Below, one piece after another: positions 1 through 9,157 of a stretch of DNA of 64,000 nt. This stretch comes from Vicinamibacterales bacterium (GTDB lineage Bacteria; Acidobacteriota; Vicinamibacteria; Vicinamibacterales; 2-12-FULL-66-21), in NCBI GenBank assembly GCA_036556425.1, contig DATBJJ010000103.1, forward strand, positions 67,574 to 131,573. Reading direction: 5' to 3'. The notes under the pieces were generated by a model. That model ran no database searches and was not told where the DNA came from. It saw only the letters and a program-made list of their open reading frames with translations. Positions within the stretch are counted from its first letter, which is position 1. The number at the start of each line of letters is the position of its first letter. Made by a program: the position numbers and the translations under genes.

Positions 1-2
1 AA

Positions 3-722
3 GCCAAGCGCAAGCGCGAAGAGGCCGAAGCGCGCCGCAGGCGCGAGGAAGAGGAACGCAAGCGGCTCGAGGCCGAAGCGGAGCGCAAGCGGCTCGAAGC
101 GGAGGCGACGCGAAAGCGCCTCGCCGCCGAAGTCGAACGGAAGCGCCAGGAAGCGGAAGCCAAGCGCAAGCGCGAAGAAGAAGCGGCGGCCGAGCGCCGG
201 CGCCTCGAGGCGGAGGCGGAAGCCGCGCGTCAGCGCGAAGCCGAGATCAAGCGCGAAGCCGAACGCCAGCGCGAAGCGGAGCGCAAGCGGGAGGCGGAGC
301 GTTTGCGCCTGGCCGTCGAAGCCGAGCAGGCGCGCAAGCGCGAAGCGGCCGAAGCGGAACGCCGTCGTCAAGAGGAAGCGGCTCGAGAGGAGGAAGCCTC
401 ACACGTCGATCGTTTCGCCGAGTTCCGCGCGGATCACGACGAGCCGACAGGCATCCTGCGCCTGATGCCGCTCAACGGATGGGCGCGGGCCGAGACGAGC
501 CGAAACGGCGATGAGCCGGCCGCCACGGACGATCTGCAGCACTTGATCGAAGGGCTGCGCATTCCGACGAACGTGGCCGCGATCAGTTATCCCCAAGGCT
601 GCCGCATTCGCCGCGTCCGCGTGCGGGCGCAAAAGCAGGCCGCGAGCCACGGCGAGAGGCGCAGCCCGCTCATCGTCTCCCGCCGCGCGCTGCGCGACGC
701 GCCGGACGACGCGCGATCGTAA
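3..722 (+). CDS. 5'-truncated CDS: K/R/E/A-rich charged-repeat (coiled-coil-like) protein with a non-repetitive C-terminal domain
   Basis: The frame of ORF 303..722 stays open to the window edge (stop TAA 720-722). It translates as AKRKREEAEARRRREEEERKRLEAEAERKRLEAEA... An exact 22-nt repeat lies at 1-22 and 157-178. CGCAAGCGGCTCGA occurs at 57-70 and 84-97. Confidence 0.7.
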   Translation, partial: AKRKREEAEARRRREEEERKRLEAEAERKRLEAEATRKRLAAEVERKRQEAEAKRKREEEAAAERRRLEAEAEAARQREAEIKREAERQREAERKREAERLRLAVEAEQARKREAAEAERRRQEEAAREEEASHVDRFAEFRADHDEPTGILRLMPLNGWARAETSRNGDEPAATDDLQHLIEGLRIPTNVAAISYPQGCRIRRVRVRAQKQAASHGERRSPLIVSRRALRDAPDDARS

Positions 723-723
723 G

Positions 724-2202
724 GTGCGCGCGTCGCCGATTGCGCTTTGCCGCGTGACGATGTGGGCGTTCATCGCGCTCGTCGTCACCACGACCATCGC
801 CGACGCGGATCTCTGGGGCCACCTGCGCTTCGGCCTGGACGTGCTCGCGTCGAAGTCGCTCCACACGAGCGATCCCTACTCGTTCACGGCCGATCGGCCG
901 TGGATCAACCATGAATGGTTGTCCGAGCTGTTGATGGCCGGCGCGTACGCCACGCTCGGATCGCTCGGCCTCGGACTCCTGAAGGTTGCGACGATCGGGA
1001 TCGTCTTCACCACGCTCGCGGCGACCGCGCGCGAAGAGCACGCGCGTCCGCTCGCGCGCGATCTCTTCATCGCGCTCGCGGTCTTCGTGTCGTACAGCCG
1101 CACGCAAGTCGTCAGGCCGCAGCTGTTCTCGGTCGCCGTGTTCTGCACGATCCTTTATCTCCTTCGGCAGGCGGATCGCGGCCGACCGAAAGCGCTTTGG
1201 TTCGTACCTCTGTGCTTCGTGGCGTGGGCGAATCTGCACGGTGGCTGGATTGTCGGCGTGGCGGTGCTGGGCGTATGGATCGCAGGAGACTGGCTCGAGC
1301 AGCCAACGCTGAATCGTGCCGTGATGCTCGCGAGCGTCGGCCTGCTCTCGATTGCTGCGACGCTGATCAATCCGTACGGGTTGGGACTCTGGCAGTTCGT
1401 GATGGAGACGGTGCGGCCGGCGCGGCCCGACATCACCGACTGGAAGCCGTTGCTGCAATTGCCGCCGGCGGTCCTCGCGATCGAAGCGATTCTGCCGGTC
1501 GTCGCGCTCGCCGCGTGGTGGAAGTCGCGGGCGCTCTATCGTCCGGTCGCGCGCGACCTCGCCGTGCTCGCGCTGCTGACGATCGCGACCTTCCGCGTCG
1601 GCCGGGTCGACGCCTTCCTTCAGGTCGCGATCGCGTTCGTGCTCGCGCGGCCGATCCTCGCGCTGTTCAACTCGCTCGATTTCAACCTGCGGCCGAGCCT
1701 CACACGCGAGTCGACGGCGGTTGCCGTCCTCGCCGCGTGCTTGGCGTTATACGTCGGCGCCGCCGCGGTCCGGAATCTCCGCGTCATTCGCGTCGAGGGG
1801 TACTGGATCCCGGATCGCACGGCGGCGATGCTCCTGCGCGACGCGCGGCCCGGCGCGAAGATCCTCACCTGGTTCGATTGGGGTGAATATGCGGTGTGGC
1901 AGCTCTCACCCGCCGGGATCCGCGTTTCGATGGACGGCCGGCGCGAAACCGTCTACAGCGATCGCGTGACGCAAGACCATCAGCGGTTCTACGCCGGGAA
2001 CTTGGACATGGTCGACTATCCCGATCGCATCGGCGCCGATCACGTCTGGCTGCCGTCGAACTTTCCAATGATCGAACCGCTGACGCGCAACGGATGGGCA
2101 AAGGTGCTCGACACCGGCAAGTCCGTCGTGCTCGCGCGGAACGGAACGCCGATCGAGCACCGTCCGGTCGCCGAGGGCGACAAGATCTTTCCCTGGCCGT
2201 AA
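724..2202 (+). CDS. Polytopic integral membrane protein with a C-terminal soluble domain; possibly a GT-C-fold glycosyltransferase-like protein
   Basis: 492-aa ORF with many hydrophobic helices and an acidic ADADLW motif just after the first helix. The C-terminal ~130 aa are hydrophilic. GTG 724 lies 1 nt after the upstream stop; ATG 760 is an alternative start. The functional call is weak. Confidence 0.45.
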   Translation: MRASPIALCRVTMWAFIALVVTTTIADADLWGHLRFGLDVLASKSLHTSDPYSFTADRPWINHEWLSELLMAGAYATLGSLGLGLLKVATIGIVFTTLAATAREEHARPLARDLFIALAVFVSYSRTQVVRPQLFSVAVFCTILYLLRQADRGRPKALWFVPLCFVAWANLHGGWIVGVAVLGVWIAGDWLEQPTLNRAVMLASVGLLSIAATLINPYGLGLWQFVMETVRPARPDITDWKPLLQLPPAVLAIEAILPVVALAAWWKSRALYRPVARDLAVLALLTIATFRVGRVDAFLQVAIAFVLARPILALFNSLDFNLRPSLTRESTAVAVLAACLALYVGAAAVRNLRVIRVEGYWIPDRTAAMLLRDARPGAKILTWFDWGEYAVWQLSPAGIRVSMDGRRETVYSDRVTQDHQRFYAGNLDMVDYPDRIGADHVWLPSNFPMIEPLTRNGWAKVLDTGKSVVLARNGTPIEHRPVAEGDKIFPWP

Positions 2203-2356
2203 GCGTCATCGCCGGTCATTCCGCACCGGCAGGATTTGCGATACCTCAGAGTTTGGTCGTACGAAGAATCTGCGACCACTGATTCATCCAGCGCCGGGTT
2301 CTCGCGTAATTTCCGTCAACCGCTCGACGGCATGAGCGTTGCCTCACGCCCGCGGC

Positions 2357-4795
2357 ATGACGCCGCACGAGCGACGAACGTGGCTAACGGGCTCGCAGGT
2401 CTTCGTTCGCGGCCGGCGTTGGCGGCTCGCGGGCACGATCGCCGGCGAGGATTGCGACGCGCTTCGCTTGATCGCGCTCGGCGCATCTGCGGCAGCTCCA
2501 TCGCTGACGATCCTCGTTCCGTTCGATCGCCCAACGGTTCGGCAGAACGCGACAGCCATCAAAGTCCTCAGGCCGCGCCGCTGGCTCCACGAGCTCGATC
2601 GCGTCCTCGCGAACCTGCATCCGTTCGGCGCGCTGTCGGAGACGGCGCGCGCGAGGATTCGCCTGATCGCGTATCAGCTCGAGCCCGCCCTTGCGGTACT
2701 CCGCGACGGCGCCACTCGTCTCTTGATCGCTGACGCCGTCGGCCTCGGCAAAACGATTCAGGCCGGCGTGCTCCTCGCCGAACTGCACGCCTCAAACGAT
2801 GGCTTTCGCGCTATCGTGATTGTCCCTGCCGGCTTGCGCGAGCAATGGGCGGCCGAGCTTCGCTCGCGGCTCAATCTCGCCGCCGCGGTCGTCGACGCCG
2901 CCTGGCTGCGCCACGCGCTCGCGGATCGTCCGCCCGACGTGAACCCATGGTCGCTGCCAGGCATCTACGTCGCGTCGCACGATTTCGTGAAGCGCGCCGA
3001 AGCGCTCAAGCCCCTCGAGGACGTCACCTGGGATCTCGCGATCGTCGACGAAGCGCATCACGCGAGCCTCGGCACGGACCGCCGCGCCGCGATCGACGCG
3101 ATTGCTTCGCGAAGCCTTCGCGTGGTGCTGCTCACGGCGACGCCGCCGCGCGATCCGTTGGAGTTCCAGGCGCTCTGCAGAATCGGACGTGAGGGGGAAT
3201 CGGGAGAGTCGCCCGCGCTGTTCGCGCGCCAGAGAGCGGATGTCGAATCGAGCGTCCCGAGACGGAGCACGGTGCTCTGTGTAACGCCGTCTCCAGCGGA
3301 AGCGCGCATGCACGCGCTGCTGGACCGCTACACCAAAGAGGTCTGGAAGGAAGCGCGCGCGCGCGATGACGAGGGAGCGCGGCTTGCGTCGATCGTGCTG
3401 CGCAAGCGGGCGCTGTCGAGCGCCGGCTCGCTCGCGGCGTCTGTCGACCGCCGGCTGACGCTGCTCGTCTCTCCGGGTGCCGAGCAGATCGCACTGCCGC
3501 TCGACGATCGCGACGAGGATCCGCTCGACGACGACGTTCCCGCGAGCGCGCTCGCGGTTCCAGGTCTTGCGGACGGCCGGCGTGAGCGGCGATGGCTGTC
3601 GGCGATCGCGGAAGCCGCCCGCAGCGCGGCTCGCGCGGAAACGAAGGTCGCGTATCTCCTGCGCCTGCTCCGGCGGGTGCGAGAACCCGTCATCGTGTTC
3701 ACCGAGTATCGCGACACGCTGTTGCGGCTGCAGCGGCATGTGTCCGCGACCGGGCGACCGGTCGTCGTTCTGCACGGAGGAATGGATGCCATCGAGCGGT
3801 CCCGCGTGCCGCGCGCGTTCGATTCCGGGGCGCTGACGCTCCTCGCGACCGATGCGGCCGCCGAGGGCCTGAATCTCCAGCGCCATTGCCGCGTTGTCGT
3901 TCACTTCGAGCTGCCGTGGAATCCGGCTCGGCTCGAGCAGCGCGCCGGCCGCGTCGATCGCATTGGTCAAACCCGCCGCGTCCACGAGATCGCCCTCGTC
4001 GCGTCGTCCACCGCCGAGCGGCTCGTGATCGCGCCGCTCACGATCAAGGCGAGTCAAAGTGGTGAGCCAGTGGGGCGGACGCCGATGCTCGGCGCGCTCA
4101 CGGAATCTCGCGTCGCTGCCGCAGTGATGGCTGGAATATCGGAGCTCCGCAAGTCGGTCGCCACGCCGCGACCGCCGCGATCGACGGTCTCGGTCGAAGC
4201 CATCCGGGAGGCCGAGCGCCTCGAACATGTTCGCGCGCTGTCGAGGCGGTCGCCTGCGATTCGAGAAGCCGCGGCGATTCGGGACGCTCCATTCATCACG
4301 CGGCTGACGCGGAACAGAGCGAACGACGGGTATCTCGCGCGTGCGCGGGCATCGCTAGTGTTGCTGTACTCGATCGCTCTCGAATCGAGCGATGGACGGC
4401 GGGCGCACGAAGAGATTCTCGCGCTGGCGGTGCCGCCGATGGCCAAGTGTTCTCCGAGTCGGCGCATGGAGCTTCGAGCGTTATTCGAGCCGGACTCCCG
4501 CGCGTCGGGCGCCATCGGTCAAGTCGTCGAGGACAAGTGCCGGGAGATCGCCGGACGCGTCAAGGCGGCAGACCATCGGCGACGGCAGCGGCTCGAGGAA
4601 CGAAGCCGTGCGATCGACACGATCAAACGATCCGCCGCACGGGTCCTCGTCCAACTCGCGTTGTTCTCCCGTCGCCGCCGGCAGGACGCGGAGCGCGATC
4701 CCGCGCCTGCGCCGGTCGAAACTCAGAATCCGCCGCCATTGGAGATTCGCGCGCGGCTCATTGCAGGCGTCGTGATCGACGGGAGGCGCCGGTGA
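2357..4795 (+). CDS. SNF2/RapA-like superfamily-2 helicase (DEAH box) with uncharacterised N- and C-terminal regions
   Basis: Motifs DAVGLGKT (I), DEAHH (II), LLTATP (III), LATDAAAEGLNLQ (V) and QRAGRVDRIGQ (VI). The N-terminus has a VFVRGRRWRL Tudor-like pattern. Start is ATG 2357, or TTG 2339. Confidence 0.88.
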   Translation: MTPHERRTWLTGSQVFVRGRRWRLAGTIAGEDCDALRLIALGASAAAPSLTILVPFDRPTVRQNATAIKVLRPRRWLHELDRVLANLHPFGALSETARARIRLIAYQLEPALAVLRDGATRLLIADAVGLGKTIQAGVLLAELHASNDGFRAIVIVPAGLREQWAAELRSRLNLAAAVVDAAWLRHALADRPPDVNPWSLPGIYVASHDFVKRAEALKPLEDVTWDLAIVDEAHHASLGTDRRAAIDAIASRSLRVVLLTATPPRDPLEFQALCRIGREGESGESPALFARQRADVESSVPRRSTVLCVTPSPAEARMHALLDRYTKEVWKEARARDDEGARLASIVLRKRALSSAGSLAASVDRRLTLLVSPGAEQIALPLDDRDEDPLDDDVPASALAVPGLADGRRERRWLSAIAEAARSAARAETKVAYLLRLLRRVREPVIVFTEYRDTLLRLQRHVSATGRPVVVLHGGMDAIERSRVPRAFDSGALTLLATDAAAEGLNLQRHCRVVVHFELPWNPARLEQRAGRVDRIGQTRRVHEIALVASSTAERLVIAPLTIKASQSGEPVGRTPMLGALTESRVAAAVMAGISELRKSVATPRPPRSTVSVEAIREAERLEHVRALSRRSPAIREAAAIRDAPFITRLTRNRANDGYLARARASLVLLYSIALESSDGRRAHEEILALAVPPMAKCSPSRRMELRALFEPDSRASGAIGQVVEDKCREIAGRVKAADHRRRQRLEERSRAIDTIKRSAARVLVQLALFSRRRRQDAERDPAPAPVETQNPPPLEIRARLIAGVVIDGRRR

Positions 4796-7700
4796 GCGGC
4801 GTTCAGCAAGGACGCATTCCGGGAATGCGCGGCTCGCTCCTATCGCAAGACGCGCTCGTCGACGCGGTGCCGGATCGGCTTCGAGGTCTCCTCGACGAGA
4901 GCGGCCGTGCGCGTGCGAGACGGCACTTGCGGCGTTGGCATCTCCCGCTTCGCCGCCAGCTCGGACCGGCGTCCGCGCCGCGCACGATTCACGACAGGCT
5001 CGCGGCGCCGCTCTTCGCGCAGCTCGGATACCGCGTGCTGCCAGACGCCAGCGCCCCGGCTCGATCGGGAACCCTGCACAGTCTCCTGACAGTGGCCGGA
5101 CGCACGGTCGCCGTTCTCGTCGTCGCCGGTTGGGGCGACGACGCGGCGGCGCGCTGGCGCGAATCCGTCCACTACGGCATCGCGCACGACGTGCGATGGT
5201 GCTTCCATCTCGCCGGTCCATCGCTTCGGATCGTCGACTGCGCGCGGACCTACTCACGGCAGTATGTCGAGCTCGAGCTCGATGCTGCGTTCGACGACGA
5301 GCGCGCCTTTGCGGTGTTGTGGGGGTTGCTGCGGGCCTCTGCCGCCGACGGCGGACTGCTCGAGCGGGCGATCGCGATCTCGGAAGATCATCGCGCCGTC
5401 GTTCGATCGTCGCTGCAGACGGGCGTCGACAGCGCGCTGCTCCATCTGCAGGGCGCGTTTGCCGCGGCGGCGCGCTCACGCCGCCGGCATGCGCCGGATC
5501 GCGCCGTCCAGTCCGCCTTCGACGAGGCGCTCATCGTCATCTATCGAATTCTCTTTCTGCTCTTCGCCGAGGCCCGCGGCCTCGTGCCGCGATGGCATCC
5601 GATCTTCCGCGACGGCTACACGATCGAGGCGCTTCGGCATCCGATCGAAACGCTGCCGCGACCGCGGGGTTTGTGGGAGACCATCCAATCGATCGCGCGG
5701 CTCGCGCATCGGGGGTGCCGCATCGGCGCGCTGCGTGTGACGCCCTTCAACGGCCGGCTCTTCTCGCCGACCGAGTCGCCGCTCGCGGATTCCGTTCCGC
5801 TCGACGACGGTGTCGTTCGTCAGGCGCTGCTCGCGCTGACGACGCGGCGAGCGCATGGTGGCCGTCAACGGATCGCGTATGGCGATCTTGGCGTCGAGCA
5901 GCTCGGCGGCGTGTACGAGCGCGTGCTCGACCTCGAGCCCAGGTCGATCCGCCGAGACTCGCGAAAGTCGACCGGATCGTTCTACACGCCGCGGGCGCTC
6001 ACGGAGTTCGTCATTCGGCGCGCGCTCGCGCCGCTCGTCGAGCGCGCCTCCGCCGAGGAGATCCTGGCGCTGCGCATTCTGGACCCGGCGATGGGCAGCG
6101 GCGCGTTTCTGGTAGCGGCCTGCCGGTATCTGGCGGCGGCGTACGAGCGCGCGCTCGTTCGCGAGGGGCCCGGCGGCAACGACGAGATCGACGAGCGCGA
6201 TCGCGCGGACTTCCGCCGGCTGGTCGCGCAGCAATGTCTCTTCGGCGTCGACGTCAATCCGATGGCCGTCCAGCTCGGACGGCTCTCGTTGTGGCTGGCA
6301 ACACTGGCGGCGGATCGTCCGCTCACGTTTCTCGATCACCGCCTGCGCGCCGGCAACAGCCTCGTCGGCGCGACGCCCGAAGACCTGTCGCGGCAGGCGC
6401 CCGGCGGACGCACGCGCGCGGCGCGCGCCGTGCCGCTGCCGCTCTTCGACGATCCCGCGCGCGACGCCGGAATCCTCGACGCCCTCGCCATTCGACGCTC
6501 GATCGCGGTGGAGCCAGGCGACACGCTGATCCAGGTGCGGGCGAAGGAGCACGCGCTGACGAGGCTCGCGCAGGAGAACGCGCCGCTCGCGCGTTGGAAG
6601 CGCGCGTGCGATCTGTGGTGCTCGTACTGGTTCCCTCCTGCGAGCCGGCGTCGCATCGCGGTACCGTTCGGACCGCTCGCCGATGCGATCTTCGGGCGCG
6701 GCAGCTTGCCGCCGCATCTCGCCGCCCCGGTTCTGGACGACGTCCGATCGGTGGCCGAGCGCGAGAAGTTCTTTCACTGGCCGTTCGAGTTCCCCGAAGT
6801 CTTCCTCGCCGGCGGCAGATCGGGATTCGATGCGGTCATCGGAAACCCGCCGTGGGAAATGCTGCGCGGCGATCGAGGAGACGCGGATCGCCGCAGGTCC
6901 GCGCGCGATGCCGCATCCGTGCTGACCGGTTTCGCGCGCGGCTCCGGAGTCTACTCACTCCAAGGCGACGGCCATGCGAATCTCTACCAACTCTTCCTCG
7001 AGCGCATGATGTCGCTCGCGCGTCCGGGTGGACGGCTGGGCGTCATCCTGCCGTCAGGCCTCGCGACGGATCAGGGAGCCGGACCGCTGCGCCGCTACGC
7101 TTTCGATCGAACGGCAATCGACACGTTCGCCACGATCGAGAACCGCGAAGGAATCTTTCCGATTCATCGTGGGCTGAAGTTCCTGCTGCTGACGACAACG
7201 AAGGGCGCGCCAACGAGTTCGGTGCCGTGCAGATTTGGTTTGCGCGCGCCGGCGCAGTTGGATCGCGTACGAGAACTGGGCATCGACGCGGAAGCCGTGA
7301 TGGTGTCGCGACGGCTTCTCGACCGAACGGGCGGACGCGATCTCGCGGTGCCGGACGTTCGGTGCCGCGCGGACGTGGAGATCTTGAGTCAGCTTGCCTT
7401 CGCGTTTCCGGCTCTCGGCGACGCGAACGGCTGGAACCTCGCGTTCGGCCGCGAGCTGAATGCCACCGACGACCGGCCGCACTTCGTCCGCATGCCGGAG
7501 CGCGGCGCGCTCCCAATCGTCGAGGGCAAGCTCGTCACGCCGTTTAGGGTCGACCTGAGCCGCGCTCGATTGGGAGTCCCACGCGCGGCGGCAGCGACGC
7601 TGCTCGATCCCGCGCGGACCTTCGATCGTCCTCGCCTTGCGTACCGCGACGTCGCCGCGGCGACCAACCGTCTCACGCTCATCGCCGCGATCGTCCCGGC

Positions 7701-8076
7701 CGGCGCGGTTACCACCCATACACTGTTTTGCGCGAAAGCGCCGCTGGATGCGGAATCTCTCAGTTACCTATGCGGGATGTTCAACAGCTTCGTCGCGAAT
7801 TATCTGGTACGGTTTCATGTGGGGACGCACGTGACCGCGGGCATCATCAGCCGACTGCCGATGCCGCGGCCGGCGCACGGGTCGCGCGAGCTCGCCGAGA
7901 TCGCCTCGCTCGCGGACAACCTCATCACTAATTCGAATGATGGCGATACACGTGCCCGTTTACAAGCTGCGGCGGCCCGCGCCTACGGACTGTCGCCGGC
8001 GCAATTTCGGCGCGTCCTCGAGACGTTTCCGCTCGTCCCACGCGTGGATCGCGACGCGGCGCTCGCGGCGTTCTGA
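4792..8076 (+). CDS. Large Eco57I/type-IIG-like N6-adenine DNA methyltransferase with a target-recognition-like C-terminal half and an unassigned N-terminal domain
   Basis: Motifs FYTPRALTEFV, ILDPAMGSGAFLV (SAM motif I), FGVDVNPMAV and GNPPW (motif IV). GTG 4792 overlaps the helicase stop TGA 4793-4795 (GTGA). ATG 4825 is an alternative start. The ORF portion upstream of 4792 is Arg-rich and overlaps the helicase, so it is not coding. Confidence 0.85.
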   Translation: MSGVQQGRIPGMRGSLLSQDALVDAVPDRLRGLLDESGRARARRHLRRWHLPLRRQLGPASAPRTIHDRLAAPLFAQLGYRVLPDASAPARSGTLHSLLTVAGRTVAVLVVAGWGDDAAARWRESVHYGIAHDVRWCFHLAGPSLRIVDCARTYSRQYVELELDAAFDDERAFAVLWGLLRASAADGGLLERAIAISEDHRAVVRSSLQTGVDSALLHLQGAFAAAARSRRRHAPDRAVQSAFDEALIVIYRILFLLFAEARGLVPRWHPIFRDGYTIEALRHPIETLPRPRGLWETIQSIARLAHRGCRIGALRVTPFNGRLFSPTESPLADSVPLDDGVVRQALLALTTRRAHGGRQRIAYGDLGVEQLGGVYERVLDLEPRSIRRDSRKSTGSFYTPRALTEFVIRRALAPLVERASAEEILALRILDPAMGSGAFLVAACRYLAAAYERALVREGPGGNDEIDERDRADFRRLVAQQCLFGVDVNPMAVQLGRLSLWLATLAADRPLTFLDHRLRAGNSLVGATPEDLSRQAPGGRTRAARAVPLPLFDDPARDAGILDALAIRRSIAVEPGDTLIQVRAKEHALTRLAQENAPLARWKRACDLWCSYWFPPASRRRIAVPFGPLADAIFGRGSLPPHLAAPVLDDVRSVAEREKFFHWPFEFPEVFLAGGRSGFDAVIGNPPWEMLRGDRGDADRRRSARDAASVLTGFARGSGVYSLQGDGHANLYQLFLERMMSLARPGGRLGVILPSGLATDQGAGPLRRYAFDRTAIDTFATIENREGIFPIHRGLKFLLLTTTKGAPTSSVPCRFGLRAPAQLDRVRELGIDAEAVMVSRRLLDRTGGRDLAVPDVRCRADVEILSQLAFAFPALGDANGWNLAFGRELNATDDRPHFVRMPERGALPIVEGKLVTPFRVDLSRARLGVPRAAAATLLDPARTFDRPRLAYRDVAAATNRLTLIAAIVPAGAVTTHTLFCAKAPLDAESLSYLCGMFNSFVANYLVRFHVGTHVTAGIISRLPMPRPAHGSRELAEIASLADNLITNSNDGDTRARLQAAAARAYGLSPAQFRRVLETFPLVPRVDRDAALAAF

Positions 8077-8116
8077 GATATAGTCACGAGATCTCGCGGA
8101 GAATTCTTTCTCGCCG

Positions 8117-9157
8117 ATGCCGTCCTCAGAAGATCGCGCTCCGGTCTGGGCCATCTGGCTGCTGATCGTGTTCGGCGCCGCGCAACCAGTCGCGTGGGCG
8201 CTCGGCGTCGGCCTTCCGCGCCACCCTCTCGCGCTCGTTCCGCTGCTCGTCGTCTGGATCGCCCTCCTCGCGCTCGCCGCGCTTGCCACGCGTCGAATCA
8301 CCGCGCTCACACAGCAGTTGATGCAGAAGCGGCAGGCGCACGCCGTCACGCTGAGCGAAGTCGATCAGCTGCAGACGCAGAACGCGATGCTCGACATCAT
8401 CGCGCGATCCGTCGACGTGCCGCTCGCGTTCCAAGCACTCGCGTCCCGCGTGGCGCGGCTCGTCTCATGCGATCGCGTCGGCCTCGCGCTGCTGTCTGAG
8501 GACGGCCGAGAGTTCCAGACCTACACCGCGCGCGTCCAGCAGGAGGAGCGCCGGTCGCGCCCGCGGCCGGAAATCGTCTTCAAGGTCGAGAGGACGCTGC
8601 TCGGGGAAGTCGTGCAATCGGGAAAGCCGATGCTCATCCCCGAGATCTCGAAGGTCGCGCCGGACTATCTCGACGCCAACATCCTCCTGACGTCAGGATT
8701 CAGCTCGGCGCTCCTCGTCCCGCTGGTCTCGCGCGGCCGCGCGGTCGGCACCCTCAACGTCGTCGCGCGCCAACCCCACGCGTTCACGCAGACGCACGTC
8801 GATGCGCTCCATCCGATCGCCGAGATCCTCGCGGTCGCTTGGGTCGCTCAGCAGCTGCACATGACGCTCGGCAAGCACCGGACGATGGAAGTGATGTCGG
8901 ATCTCACGCTGGCCGTCGCGGCGGAGATCAACGGCGCGCTGCAGACGATCATCGGGCACTGCGATTTGATCGAACGCGGCCAGTCCGATCCCGCGCTGCA
9001 GCGCGATTTGCGGACGATCACGGCGCAGGCGCAGCGGATCATGCTGCTCCTCGACAAAATGCGGACCGCCGCCCACGATCGCCTACGCGAGACGACGGAC
9101 GCGATCAGCCAGGAAGGGCTCACGGCGGGCGACGCCGTCGACGAGAAACACATCTAG
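8117..9157 (+). CDS. Membrane-anchored GAF-domain sensor with a DHp-like helix but no phospho-acceptor His and no ATPase domain (pseudo-histidine kinase)
   Basis: Two N-terminal hydrophobic helices are followed by a GAF-like core (CDRVGLALLSEDG...RAVGTLNVVAR). The H-box-like segment reads AVAAEINGALQTIIGH where kinases have aHEInNPL. The protein ends about 60 aa later. Confidence 0.6.
   Translation: MPSSEDRAPVWAIWLLIVFGAAQPVAWALGVGLPRHPLALVPLLVVWIALLALAALATRRITALTQQLMQKRQAHAVTLSEVDQLQTQNAMLDIIARSVDVPLAFQALASRVARLVSCDRVGLALLSEDGREFQTYTARVQQEERRSRPRPEIVFKVERTLLGEVVQSGKPMLIPEISKVAPDYLDANILLTSGFSSALLVPLVSRGRAVGTLNVVARQPHAFTQTHVDALHPIAEILAVAWVAQQLHMTLGKHRTMEVMSDLTLAVAAEINGALQTIIGHCDLIERGQSDPALQRDLRTITAQAQRIMLLLDKMRTAAHDRLRETTDAISQEGLTAGDAVDEKHI

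Noticed and set aside
4447-4791. Upstream extension of the methyltransferase ORF (start at 4447)
   Set aside because: This part translates to an Arg/Ser/Pro-rich sequence and fully overlaps the well-supported C-terminus of the helicase in another frame. GTG 4792 (GTGA overlap) or ATG 4825 is the more plausible start.
8079-8084. TATAGT as a -10 promoter element for the GAF gene
   Set aside because: No acceptable -35 lies 17 nt upstream (it reads GCGGCG). The 40-nt gap is equally compatible with co-transcription from the methyltransferase gene.
2357-9157. Complete class 1 DISARM, BREX or classical type I/III R-M locus
   Set aside because: No DrmA/DrmB(DUF1998)/DrmC(PLD), PglZ/BrxC/BrxL, HsdS/HsdR or Res genes are present in the flanks. 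Only the helicase + methylase pair is present, so I report it as an unassigned two-gene module rather than a named system.
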